From assembly GCA_964035575.1 (NCBI GenBank), contig OZ037846.1, forward strand, positions 1,364,001 to 1,428,000: a stretch of DNA of 64,000 nt, read 5' to 3'. This DNA comes from Rhynchopus sp. YZ270_cl-10. Taxonomy: Eukaryota. Within the stretch, counting starts at the first letter, position 1. Each line of letters begins with the position of its first letter. Made by a program: the position numbers and the translations under genes. The notes below the pieces were generated by a model that worked only from the letters and a program-made list of their open reading frames with translations, did no database searches and was not told where the DNA came from. Positions 30,801 through 38,950 of the stretch are shown in pieces.

Positions 30801-32175
30801 CAGGAAGATCTGCGCATCTTCCTGCAGCATGCAGTCCACCCTCCAGCAGTCCTGGTGCGAAACAAACCTGCAGGCTCCAACTACAACCCGACCAGAGTAC
30901 AAATCGCTTCTCTTCCGTGTCGTCTTTTTGCATACGGTGTTGCAAACACGAAACCTATCATATCCCTGCGGGTTTCAAGACGCACCTCACATATTTGGCA
31001 GCAGAGAGCTCGCGACCTCGCATTTTGTCCTCGATTATTGGATGGAAGACTGCAGTGAAGTTCCATGGGAGGCGTTGAAGACGATGATTAGTTCGTATAT
31101 ATATGGTGGGGTGGTGTCTTCGAAAATGGATTTGTCGGTATTGCAGCATATGACCCAAGAGGTTATGTCTAAGAAGAGGGCGACGCAGACGGATTTCACA
31201 GGGATAAGTGTACTGCCGTCGCAGTCGCTTGAGAGCATCGCGCTGTCGATAGATACGTTGCAGTGGACTGCTGCAGATGAAGTAGCCTTGACAGGGTTGT
31301 GTCCTGATGCATTGTCGTTGGACGCCCCGCAGATTGATCTGTGCGGGGCTGTGAGGTTGTTTTTACAGCCAGAAGGGGGTGCGGAAGTGCCGACGGCGGA
31401 TGTGACCCCACATAATCTCCGGCAAGAGCTTCCAACGGAGTTTGAGTTGTCAGGTAGGCCGCACCTCCGGACCACCCCGATGCACGAATTCTTCAATGCA
31501 GAGCTGACGCATTTTAATACCCTCGCGAGGGTCGCTTGGCGTGCGATATTAAATATTGCTTCTTATCCAGAAGTCAGCGCAGCGCTGCAAAAACGGAGTG
31601 TTCCGAGCGAATGGGTGGCAGCAGGGTTCGAAACGAACCTTCCCTTAGGTGCGTGGGTAAGGAATCTGTCAGAACGGAAGGCCTTCCTGAAGCAGTGGGA
31701 AGAGCGTCGTGTTCCCCCGGTTGTCACCCTGGTGAACCTGCTGTTTCGGCCGAAGCGCTTTTTTTTTTGTGTGCTCGCGGACAACCAGGCACCCGAGCTG
31801 ATCGACTACTCGCTGTTGCAGTGCTCCGTCGTCAATAAGACTCCCGACAAAATTGATATTGCGGCGCGGGTAGGTGTGTACGTCTGGGGGTTCAACCTGG
31901 TGCTCTGCAGGTGGAACCCAGAGTCCTGTTTAGTAGACGCGTGTTTCCCAGACCAACCGGTGTCGGAACTTCCAGTTCTCATGTTGCGTGTGGCTTCAGA
32001 TACCGAAGCGAAGCCCACGACGCCACTCTGGAACTGCACAGTGTTTGCGACAGGGCTGCGCAAAGGAATTGTCGTGACGTTGCCTCTGCCAGCAGCACCC
32101 CCACCGGTGACAAAAGACTGGACCACAGCTGGGGCCTCGGGGGTTCTTGAGAAGCCACCTAGCATTGAAATTTAG
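18835..32175 (+). CDS. Divergent dynein heavy chain (axonemal-like), uninterrupted ORF of 4446 aa
   Basis: Size; RHW tail motif; F.W..QLR; I.TP.T.RC; four P-loop-like motifs (GPSAVGK, GPPGCGKT, GSPGSGRS, GPRGVGK); MTBD KPP motif; IDPQ; KCLRPDR; IYGG. Confidence 0.93.
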   Translation: MSEIDLEDQVAGLLFRARRLLGFPDYDTPEVLNVQESSFFGEGAFFGSGAHDLERWCNGGEHFEFVAQWLKMDTAGEKPQAEQSTHVFSFAPTPTPPRSKVSIGSSTRNNILQRLHPTRIDALACSFDVTPISRSASNASCLSFTPRRISQCGWREPLPGKEELNPEGILLIAREGAKMVLIKQLPEKAMEQRCAFFIKSSASGRSAQSAPAAFNCGLIPAGCSRPALEALLLKLARTFIGGCLATAKKPDALKVFEQALNPKAETELSSVHSKPIFKVISAAQSVPMPEEFDPANIDVLAVTWIKHIKDLLAQEPQKCSVQREADFWRELAAHIVYTKAQFQEPKVAAVVRRLREHGSLLSVTLDSLLKSLEGEAQKRMKWSSYLAPLAVYREQISARLNLFPESTHSNRAQNERNQIFTDLFATIGCLAEYSDYASVGRLTALFLQFADLISDEVVTWLSKSPSSLIIRNMDIAKEVLCAFKETFLAQRVEKTIFRVCPVKAPFVNLDSAVERIRDVHEMVSSRALAFTQISAHLPHGNSQKNIQHLVQLRLEMQNIPFIPQNLFRHSEESFDKVYSLNNNEIKSFESRLGILLEDVVADTAVSTRACEVIEVFKALKDRRHFRTSWRRACEVALALFQKEISQCKRKIRTALQEKHGFSRLSRAVPMCAQFVCLADSVIERMDPTPLLRLLPPNPTTEEATELIARVQLLKEKELRKWCEKASAIVSSMKPGLLRHVQHERFHEVTVVLDPSVVKAVNEGIVFKRLDKDCFIPDAVEDVLERWGSVKMRKQRLQQVCFQFSADLRKIPPVWQKLLDYEIKNALLVFSRDGVDVSDVFSGSLSNVNLDECLTWVGGSEVDAFVSNCEEAGALVSRAVRILHAPLERINASFVAFDNSDTLFPFDSRVGNHTLVLGPEWTAFYEAKREERFEKLKQIPPDLISESLDQLNEFRGVERVSELDEEWLEYSHQVCLSAQKGVVKLVENALKRLKKQLSKNDTAAIPLISFSLTLNGDDAQFTPSKEKVTAAADAIIEDILRYPALVPNFGNPECLTGNVTSEGSVSSLVSAIKSLLSEELDEAASCLVFFNSQIQRWGQVFRGKSRNPVLGNGLLATDELLYAAMGNSQRRHTPSPSIMVDAEVEPSEVLSKLLKDCEAVAAALRRLPSSFTFGVFLLDTSALKTALANRAGEVHRKAVEDAHQKVEASLKELETELQTTYETISLAATNPAVTPSDLFTVLREIRDSFTKEAKVHSTLEPLLLLIRVLKKRHALPAQVIFSLLDRSEVIPELWTRIKGRIGTLRTSISSLQDKEVINWMEDHETFSKRVALYVVSASQRLPNSISLLDKNPYEQLCLVRAEVVLLLLEEKEMLKVGSMLEIIQTPSKELERFGEVVSSLKTLWDLVCHITSCLQEHGEGLFSNFSPETLTKVIDALEDLVVAESITVKGHRLYEQLSESLAEWKRHVPLLVKLHSSAFRTRHWNSLLDSCRKERCRHGDHTLICIIESGVSLGHAKLKILLKQSEKENITEQIVLAVYSSWIKRNLPLRWNGATMARTWSLDVSLTEELIALAESDRIALHGIERDPASAPHRSKIRRWLANLDVVSTVFRDWLEVEAQWTEVIYSLHSDYYLDGYKTLHKTYLYQMAKIHCKEDTRRPYPFFEALQLMKTFLNKPSGIRSMLAELEGRMQLRIEWCCTAQPRLAVLSDHKIKQLLALEQNHTEVLKMFSLIAPGCAVTMFSDGEKGVIRQHTEVTGFQSLDGVDTFTLGEPFACMGSLDSYFSGLLDAVHRGMQKQMEDAWAMVTDIPRAEWCINSITQTVTLAAHLAFYSDVNTMFDQLENGNPDTYNSLHSALTVRIRMHAGVLRGVGGMQSYICSIAALVSLDVNDKKRISSLLTVELHHRDILDCIIAQKAVRCTDFAWDTQLRIGWDTEGGAPVASGPFGVSMELGREFVSSAVGIPIITTPETHRCRTMTLVAMRIGTCPALFGPSAVGKVEMVHDLAKTLAHHAIVLVCSQTFEAKLVGRVFFAASRLGAWLIVARCAQLSLQNSILVANHVAEILQLQRQQRTRAKVAVTLVKNQTGWQPLPAPLVSLCQPVCLVQASITLLAVTAFASFGMRNAKHLGTQLGAFYDHGQELLPEQSWGIPTLRTVLILTRARWKATNENEKTVVSGAIHIVHIASLGGEDLAVAGHLLRSLFSATPPQAASPIVDTIVSMGYSTGEGGEFGAICNRLVAGLALQNGICIIGPPGCGKTVMWKVAVTALGWPKATVLFPAASPLPAFHAALRAAKLQNKKMIVLDGTPAQWLDDLSLNLDERMANSLINRDCRLVVECEHLRDVSPSVVTRVGIVSIRGVDVGWLGVKDRWSQNLSKEFRSAVDFLCDTHLAMVFEWHRKYLATQNELSLLQTILSTIDTLLLRVKKTSASSVDAVFAVSVFWSILAQISTSGEAASLLSWWRREFPLAGVIQDPTNQPRHTFLDLYKTLFSMGDTITPMFERTLLELTPEQVYATCYTVLLTAKQRSVCLIGSPGSGRSKVLSSLPQTLFVEGSATTQRTAWSGVDKDRQVVVCIDDVSTLPATTKESVRESLAINAGVTFVMVASAQDPTFGSPRTAMQLTALHLSDEDGVLEAIAQRISEHFTVDPSGNSSPQTIALPLFVSKAKSAFSEEVQVAGSSLGEASVQFVKRVDFSEKHSVISMHRTQVLTKLQQRLVVATPASITSRSKLVCLWRYEVRRLVHDAFLNPRQPQDLHETLDEVTVSIFDYIPENVFGDEDDTEEDPPEPCPVAPSAPRPPKTYWVPISRGSWNTVNKEKFPTSAKDTLDAVSKIDKRNPSLCTSVLVKHITSVADCLMTDMKVTIITGPRGVGKHYVAVQAARLLKSTPITYEGDVTYLGQLGLQGPKLQDVLIVKESRVTCSSFYEELSALRNVKIIFICNSCTPYLQRLRGEHAGLFSICHQYVMRELPCLTKFELVCNHLQSERQTNSIQNLQGAARFIVKVHYSSTKHTRTCGYGISTVFDLVRAVGRIHRETSLRDAIRKKAVSEGLSKSRAATGQTAILEARLIQESSLAKVQAKTTERVADIHEKAKRNFSEHVIGQDLHKKRCDATAAESHKLNRVILQEQLAAKPFLEAASTALRSIDKSALSDLRSLVKPPPDVIAVCISVMIMTADGRIPKERTWSALKKTIQSPAQWLQQISSLDLNNLPPMQTDYVSKMINENKHQYQPNNLLIRSPACAALCSWLINAIAYHESRVIIRPKEEAAHELKQTLEGYKQTLTKMKEKSKVLKVAVDQAFQDLSASEDQFDKHSLNAEQIEARLGCAKALMDALGEDDKWSDTLQKEQEWGVGDVLLCAALVTHGGGLSEEARATLGREWITALEEMNLPLLQPVLPLLRPADAALWTMAGLPQDNFMLGSAMAATTSARHVLMIDPQSLGWQWLNTLYPDVLVASYQSEDYHDVLLKALSESAPVILTDVSGRLPVCYDALLGTPSVVTRNHTVKISLRGRRFTVRDSFKIFAISPLIATNLPMELLTHFNVVNFSVSEDFIKDTLLTEVMKHTSPEAEAAYTEMRHEVNSKTIEMQTSEESLLQTLAAADGELLDKPELLNALKELKQNTITINSAIGKSKDALHALSLERAEYESVVMRPFYLILQALKLEGVSARYVFSIEWFRVLFASSLATFLKNGKMAVSLNSSNLQNEGGAKFADIGVKTTADLYRNLIMSIEKSDLPAFAASLCLHILNAEQPQRVSERLLDVFMNGPTLLETGPFFENGPIWLSESQWRKCLALEETCGDDFAGLTHDIRCHDRWAEWVHISKAECEAFPGEWQRLSLFQGLLLIKCLRPDRLCAAVETFVRGELGKPFVTAPVVHIPDILEGPMHVPCILIWTHYQIDLLAATEAYCKRLKKSVYKMRGCEPDAEELLAKAFGRGGSVIVWDVQAASGLLLSLVTLLRTERPHDSFLFICAAEATEVETIPLSYLRVCRKICASSCSMQSTLQQSWCETNLQAPTTTRPEYKSLLFRVVFLHTVLQTRNLSYPCGFQDAPHIFGSRELATSHFVLDYWMEDCSEVPWEALKTMISSYIYGGVVSSKMDLSVLQHMTQEVMSKKRATQTDFTGISVLPSQSLESIALSIDTLQWTAADEVALTGLCPDALSLDAPQIDLCGAVRLFLQPEGGAEVPTADVTPHNLRQELPTEFELSGRPHLRTTPMHEFFNAELTHFNTLARVAWRAILNIASYPEVSAALQKRSVPSEWVAAGFETNLPLGAWVRNLSERKAFLKQWEERRVPPVVTLVNLLFRPKRFFFCVLADNQAPELIDYSLLQCSVVNKTPDKIDIAARVGVYVWGFNLVLCRWNPESCLVDACFPDQPVSELPVLMLRVASDTEAKPTTPLWNCTVFATGLRKGIVVTLPLPAAPPPVTKDWTTAGASGVLEKPPSIEI

Positions 32176-33073
32176 CGGGGGGGGGAAATCCTTTTTTCTG
32201 AACGGATTTTTCGAGAATGCACAAAAAAAACATTCCTGTTTTTTTTTTCTCTCTTTTTTGGTACATTGTCATGGCAGTGCAGTGGCTTTGTACTTCAAAA
32301 AGTTTCATTTTTTTTGTGGGTTTGTTAAGAGCACGCTTGTCTAAAAGGTGTATGCACACGAGGCATAGCCAGCGTTTCAACTTATTTTTACGCACACTAC
32401 TTTGTGAGCGGAAAGTGTCACGTCGTTCACTCACCCAACCGTGCTCCGCAACACCACCCAACAGGTGATTTTTAGTGTGTGTGGAAGCGTCAACGCATCA
32501 AACAACTACAAGAAGGGGGGTGAGGGAACGACAAAGTGACACTTTCTCCCTTTTTTTTTTTTTTTTTTTTTTTCGCTAGTGTTTTGGCTAGTGTAGATCG
32601 AACTCCTTGGTCCACTGCTTTCTTCACGCTGTTCTCTTTGCGTTCCCATTAACCCCCCACCTTGCTGCCTTCGCCGGAATTAAGTTAAGCACATCTTCTT
32701 TTTTTTCAAAATCATTTTATCTCTGTGGATTCTCTCCTCCCCCCTCAAGTAAACCGTTTTTGTGACCCTCCCCGCTCTGCTCTGTTTAGACAGTCGTGTA
32801 TTGTTGTTCAATGTTCGTCTGTTTTGCAAGGAAGAGAAGAGACTCTCAAAATCTCTCTGTTTCTCAAGAGTTTTATGGTCTCAATCCTACTCCCCATTAC
32901 CCCATTACCTACAGAAAAATCCCCCCCTTTCCCCCTTGCCTCCCTCCCCTCTCCACTTTAGCGCTTTCACAAGCTCTAAATAACCCACTTTTAATTCATC
33001 TTCCCTTTCGCTTCAATCCCCCCCCTCCCTTCCCCGTCCCCTTCCCCTCCTCTTGGGGAAAACAAAGAGAAAA

Positions 33074-35197
33074 ATGCCTTTGTTTGGAATGCCTAAATTC
33101 TATCAAAATGCGATGTCCCTTGATGGTACTGTTGGGGCACATGAGAGGGACCGGCGTAGTCTGTTCTTCTGTGTGAACGCTGCAGCGCTGTGCCTGGCAG
33201 CAGGGTTCGCGGTGACAGATTTGGCGCATTTGAGGGTCCCTTTAGTCGCGTTTGCGGTGCTGCTTGTTGTGCTTACTGCGGGGGCAACGATTCTGGCGAT
33301 GCTGTGCAGGTTGCACATCTCGACTGCGAACGTCGTGGGGGTGGCGTACGTTTTTTCATTTGCCGTCATGCTGTCTGACCTCGAAATGCGTACGAAGGGG
33401 GACTCCTACTCTGCTATGTGGGTTCTCATCGTCGATGTGCTTCTTGCCATGCAGGTGCCCACACGGCACACCATAGGGGTAGTTGCCGTGGCGATTGCGT
33501 GGATTGTGTTGATGGGGCTAGAGGAAAGCTTTCGTTTTGGTATCCTAGATCTGCCCGGGTTGGCGCCGCAGGAGGGTGAGCATGGGAGAAGGGAGTTGTT
33601 TATGAAGAAGGCGGATTGCGTGAACGTACCGTGTGCGACTGGGGGCGTGGAGGTGCCGCTAGTCCTCGAGGTGTTCGTGTTAGATTTTTTAGCAACCAGG
33701 TGGTTCGCGAGTAGTGTCATGAAGGAGCAGGTGGCAATGCAGAGCACGATGCGCACCGTGCAGGAGATTGCCTCGCTGCTTGCGGGGTACGACGTGGAGG
33801 GTGTCGGGCGGCTGCTTGCGATGAGAGGCGCGGAGCTGCCGGAGGAGATGCACGGCACCCTGCAGACGCTGGAGGCAAACCTGCGCCGCTACCGGCCCTA
33901 CCTCCCGGCTGCGCTCTTTGAGGATGCTGAGATGGACGGAGGCGACGTGCAGCACACCACAGTACCACCGCCAGGGCTCACGACAGGGAGTGCCGCAATA
34001 GTGTTCACAGACATCCGTGCGTCGACGTCGATCTGGGAATGTTCCCCCGACGCCATGCATGCCTCCCTTAAGATCTACAACGCTGTGATGCGTGATGTGA
34101 TGCAGGAGTTCGGTGGATACGAAGTGAAGGCCATTGGCGACGCCTTCATGGCCGCCTTCGCCGCCACAGCGGACAGCGTCAACTTCGCATTCCGGGTTCA
34201 CGAACGGCTGCTCACAGCAGACTGGCCGGCCGCACTTCTTGAGGACGCACCGATCTGCGCACCGCAAGGAGACATTTGGGGTGGGCTCACTGTGCGCATT
34301 GGAGTCAACTCTGGGGCCATCACTCTTGAGCAGAACCCTTTGACGGGACGCACCGACTATTTTGGCAACACTGTGAACATTGCATCGCGCCTGGAGCGAA
34401 TCTGCATACCTGGCGCTGTCGCCTTGCCCGCAGATCTGTGGCAGGAACATGGTGTTGGGTGCGACGGTGTTACAGGTCAGGGCGAGGCGCGCGAGCTGAA
34501 GGGAGTGTCGGAGAAGGTTGTGGTGGTGTTCGCGTGGCCAGCATCGCTGAGGATGAGGAGGGTGTCCCCTCTGCAGGACTCCTGCGAATGCGATGTGTCT
34601 GTTGACGGGCGCGCGCTTGATCTAGAATCGATGTCGACCCTCTCGAGTGTCGACAACCCCAGCATCGTGCCGAACTGCTTCTCCAACGGTGCACTGCTCT
34701 CCCGCCGCATCCACGGCACCCTCGGAGTTGCCGAGATCGCTGTAGGTGATGAAGCCGACTACGAAGCAATGGAGTCCATGAATATGGGTCTAGGGTACCT
34801 CGTGGTCGCGTTGAACCAGAGTGGTGGGAGCCTTGTGACGGTGCTTGCGAATTGTGTTTGTCTCGGGTGGAACGTCACGACGGCGACACCGGCACATATG
34901 GAGAGTGCGATCCGCTTTGCGCAGCGCATCCGGCGTGCTGCGATCAACGGTGCAGGCCTTGTAAGCGGCCCGATGCACCACGGCGATGTAGGTGCACGTA
35001 GACAACGCTTCGTGACCGTCATGGGCGCAACAGTACGCCGCTCCTGGACCCTCTGCGAGCTTGCAGTGCGTGACGGCATGTGTCTCTACGAGCCACCAGA
35101 AGGCACCGACATCCCTCAGACACTATCCCGCATCCTCGCCAGGTACGCACCAGGCATCCATCGGGTGCTTGAGGCGTACAACAGTAGTGTCTTTTAG
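33074..35197 (+). CDS. Multi-TM class III adenylate cyclase, paralogue of 8792-10900
   Basis: Motifs VFTDIRAST, YEVKAIGDAFM and DYFGNTVNIASRLE. Colinear with the first cyclase. Confidence 0.92.
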   Translation: MPLFGMPKFYQNAMSLDGTVGAHERDRRSLFFCVNAAALCLAAGFAVTDLAHLRVPLVAFAVLLVVLTAGATILAMLCRLHISTANVVGVAYVFSFAVMLSDLEMRTKGDSYSAMWVLIVDVLLAMQVPTRHTIGVVAVAIAWIVLMGLEESFRFGILDLPGLAPQEGEHGRRELFMKKADCVNVPCATGGVEVPLVLEVFVLDFLATRWFASSVMKEQVAMQSTMRTVQEIASLLAGYDVEGVGRLLAMRGAELPEEMHGTLQTLEANLRRYRPYLPAALFEDAEMDGGDVQHTTVPPPGLTTGSAAIVFTDIRASTSIWECSPDAMHASLKIYNAVMRDVMQEFGGYEVKAIGDAFMAAFAATADSVNFAFRVHERLLTADWPAALLEDAPICAPQGDIWGGLTVRIGVNSGAITLEQNPLTGRTDYFGNTVNIASRLERICIPGAVALPADLWQEHGVGCDGVTGQGEARELKGVSEKVVVVFAWPASLRMRRVSPLQDSCECDVSVDGRALDLESMSTLSSVDNPSIVPNCFSNGALLSRRIHGTLGVAEIAVGDEADYEAMESMNMGLGYLVVALNQSGGSLVTVLANCVCLGWNVTTATPAHMESAIRFAQRIRRAAINGAGLVSGPMHHGDVGARRQRFVTVMGATVRRSWTLCELAVRDGMCLYEPPEGTDIPQTLSRILARYAPGIHRVLEAYNSSVF

Positions 35198-35739
35198 TAC
35201 GGCTTCTGCCAACTTTTGAGTGCTTTTGAGTCCTTTTTTTTTTTCGGTGACATGACACTTGTGACATATCGTAGGAAATCTTTTAGTATGCGCGAAGACG
35301 ATTCTTGTGCTCCTCATTCTCCCCACACTATATCAATACAACAGGTTAGACCGTTTGGTCTGGGAGGGTTTGGGGTTTCTTCTTTCTCTCAGTTCAATCT
35401 TGAACAATTTCGAGAGGAGTTTTATTTATTTTTCAAAAAAAAAGTGTGATCTGGGGTGAGGAAGCGTTCCAACTTTTCAACCTCTTCCCCAACTTACCTT
35501 TCACGCCTTTTTTACCCTCCCCCGTTTTAGAATCAACAGAGAGTGTACGTTAAGATTTTGGAGTGAAGTGATTGTCGACACAACAAAAAAAGAAAATATA
35601 GCACACTCTAGGGTGTACACTGATGCAACAAGAAGAAGAGAATGTGTGGAAAGCAGTGTGGAATATCCTCACTCCGCAACTGCCGGGCTTAAGGCAATTA
35701 TTCGGGCGGGAAATGGAAAAAAATAACTACCTTTTTTTT

Positions 35740-36140
35740 TAAGTAAGAGAAAACCGAATGGAGTGGGAACGCTAGTGAGAGCGCAGCGGAAACGATAGTG
35801 GGAACGCAACGAGCTTTTTTCATAATGTTTTATTCTTCCCCACAAAATATCACGCGCAGAGAAACACTCGTTTTTCACACAGCGCGTCCGTTTGTTTGTT
35901 TTTCTCAAACGACACCTTTTTTCAAAATTTTTTGTTTTCCCCGGTATCACATATGATACTGATTTCCATGGATACACATGAAAAGGAGTTCCGTGCTATT
36001 CACAGAACTCGATAGGCGATTGAGCTTATCTAACAACAACCAAAACAAAAGAAAGTACAAAGAAGAGAATAAAAAATGCAGGAAAAATAGACAAAGAGAA
36101 AAACAAAGAGATTTTGACAAAGTGAACAATAAAATTTTGT
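35740..36140 (+). repeat. Dispersed ~400-bp repeat, uninterrupted copy; second copy at 44515-44910 plus 45901-45950
   Basis: Shared TAAGTAAGAGAAAACCGAATGGAGTGGGAA ... CCATGGATACACATGAAAAGGAGTTCCGTGCTATTCAC ... GCAGGAAAAATAGACAAA. Confidence 0.85.
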
Positions 36141-36817
36141 ATTTCAAGTCAACTTCATTTTGTTCGTTACTACTGTATAATGCCCCCTGCCAGCTTCCGC
36201 TGTAAGGGGTTGCTCCCGCAGGTCTACTGCTTCGTAGGAGTACTCCTGTGCATGGACGAAGGACGTCCGTTCCTTTCACCCGAGATTCCCTCTCTGTGCA
36301 CCACCCCCACTTTGTTTTTTTTTTTTGTGTCACCACGCCCCATTTGATTAAAAAAGCGCCCCCCCACATCCACTTGTTCCACTGTGCCTACCTATACCGT
36401 CGTCATCCCCATTTTGCTCCACCCCACCTCCATCTTCCCTTCTTTGTGAGTCTTTGTCTTCTGCAGACACATGCAGGCTTCTCATGCGGACGGCGTCAGC
36501 CTGAGAAGCAACAGCCCCAGCTGTGACATTCTTGTCAGCTACGACACGCCGCCAGCTGCCCCCACCCTCCCAATCCCGGTACAGTACCACCTGAACAAGA
36601 ATTGTACTAAATGTATGAACCCAATAAATCGGAAGAGTTTAATGCACCGTTTTAAAACACACCCTGCGCTAAACCGTGCCAACACTGCCCGCACCTAACA
36701 GATTCTGTTACACCCACCCACCCCCTAATTTACACAAAAAAGGGCGTTTCGCCAAGACCAAACTTTTTTTTATATTTCATTTTCCACAAAAATTTCTTAA
36801 CTAAAAAAAAACACAAC

Positions 36818-38132
36818 ATGCCGGAGTTCACACAGCTCCCTTGGTGCAAGGCTGTGGTTTTTATTGCTATTGCTGCAGCAGGCATTTTAGCGCTGTCGCA
36901 CACGACGTTACGAGGACGTACACGAGGCGGGGACAGCACGGTGCTCGGTTCTGTCATGGAAATGGACACGGTAGGGGGTATTGCGAAGGCCAGCGTCGGA
37001 GGTGGGGCAGCGCTGCGGAACAAGCACAGCACCACCCGTGGCTCCAGGGCGCACCGTGCTCACATGCACAACACTGCAGACGGCAGCCAGGTAGACATCC
37101 TGGAAGAGGACGACATCGTTGCGTCGGACTCAGCGTCAGGGTCAGGATACGAATGGGTATATGAATACCGCTCGGAGACGGTCACCTTGACTGGTATGTT
37201 GAATAGTGTGTTTTTTTTGGTACAAATAGTAAAACCTTTCTTTTGTTTAGTTGGTACGCTACCCACGTCACACGCGGGGGTTTTTTTTCTACCCCCCAAA
37301 ACGTCCAGAAAAGGATGCCAAAAGGGGAAAAAACCTTTAGCCTGAAGTACAGAAATGAGGTGAGTGCACAATAATAGGGAAAGGGAATAAACTACAAGTC
37401 TCAGATGTTTTAATCATTTCCACAAAGTATTTGTCCTCATAATAAAAAAACCCGAGTCACTTACTTCGCACAAGGAGTTGTTCCCTTGTGTTCCAATTAT
37501 ACCCGTTTCGTTGACTGACGAGCGGTAGCGGGAGTAGGACATCTCAACGTCGACCGCGAATGGAAGTAAGCTGGGCGGAGGGTGGGCGTGGCGTGGATAT
37601 ATTCTGTTGCGACACGTGATTTTTCCAAGTTTTCAAAAAAAAAAAAAAAACTCCCCTTTTTTTGTGTTGCAGACTACGAGACAATGACAGTCGAGATGGA
37701 CGCACGCTACACCACACGCGGGTGCCGGTGTGCAGTCTCCTGGGCCTACAAAGGCGAGGACTGCGAGACGCAGTGCTGTGACTTTGGCGACGAGAAAGGT
37801 GCTTGGTGTGCGATCGAAGACCCTATAGAGTGCCGTGCCACGAAGGGTTCTCCACAGGTACGTACATATGGCTTGTGTGTTTGATGTTCTTTTTTAAAAC
37901 TATTCACTCATATCGTAAGCCTATCTTAAAAACTTTGTGTAAACGTACACCACAAAAAACACAGAACTGGGGGTACTGCTCTGAGCCTGGTGCGGACCCC
38001 GATGCCCTTCTTGGCGACTCAGCCCTCGATCACCACGTTAAGGAACCCAAGAAGGTCACTGTACAACAGGTCGATACACTAAGTGTTGCAGAGGGTTCAG
38101 ACAGCGCCCTTCGATCGACAGAACGAAAGTGA
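36818..38132 (+). CDS. Secreted/anchored protein with a fibronectin type II-like Cys module; exons 36818-37193, 37673-37857, 37965-38132
   Basis: Hydrophobic N-terminus and GT-AG introns that keep the frame. CRC..SWAYKG..C..CC....WC....C....NWGYC pattern. Confidence 0.75.
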
Positions 38133-38950
38133 TACCCCGCATTTACCCCGTTTGTTTTTCATCTTCTTTTCATCCCATCAGCAGAGACGGCAAAAAAGGT
38201 ACCCAAGCCATGTTTCCCTGCCCATGAAGAACATTGTCGTGCTTTTTAAAAGGTCATTTTGTGTTTTGCCATTAGAATTTAAGCTTGCTGTTTCTGACCC
38301 CGCTATTTACCCCTCACAACCCCTCAATGAAGTGGATTTTTCTCTTTCTTTAACAAAGCACAGTTGGATAAGAAACTTGGCGACCAAATAATATTGGCGG
38401 ATTTTTGGGGGTTTTCTTGTAATTGGCGACTTTTTTTGGTCGCCAATATTATTTGTCCAACTGCAAATGGGAACACCCGAACAACCGTTTTTTTTGCAAA
38501 TGAAAAAGACAAAACCCACTCTGATAACGATAGTGGTGTAACTGATGTGATGTGCGCAAATGCATCTTAACAATTTTTTTCTTCCTTTTCCCTGAGATGT
38601 GTATGCACAGTTGGGCATATTACGCCTTCCACCTTATCTTGCATTTCAGATGTAAACCACGAAATGGATTGTAGGTCTGCAATAGTCGGGGTGTCCACCC
38701 CCCCCCCGTAGGGAGCGCGGCGAGGCCCTTTTTTCTGTAACACTCAACAAAATCATGAAAAAATGTAAAAAAAATATCCGAAAACACAAAACCACCCCAG
38801 AATACACATTTGTGGGACTATTTCTTACTTTTTGATGCCTTTTGGCACTTTCCCCCCCGATTTTTTGACACTTTTTGACACGTTTTCACCCAATTTCCCC
38901 CTTCTCTGAGGGTATTTGATAACAGGGCGATTTATAAAGAAATTCAAAAA

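Noticed and set aside
36471..36698. 75-aa ORF after a pyrimidine tract and AG
   Set aside because: Plausible small gene, but no recognisable motif; it cannot be supported without transcripts.
37498..37620. Intronic segment with TATACCCGTT and GTGGGCGTGGC, reminiscent of DINE-1/Helentron elements
   Set aside because: Single copy; no matching terminal hairpin or subterminal repeat could be defined.
38361..38463. Small palindromic segment (CAGTTGGA...TCCAACTG, TTGGCGAC repeats)
   Set aside because: Probably a MITE remnant, but no TSD was found, so it was not called.
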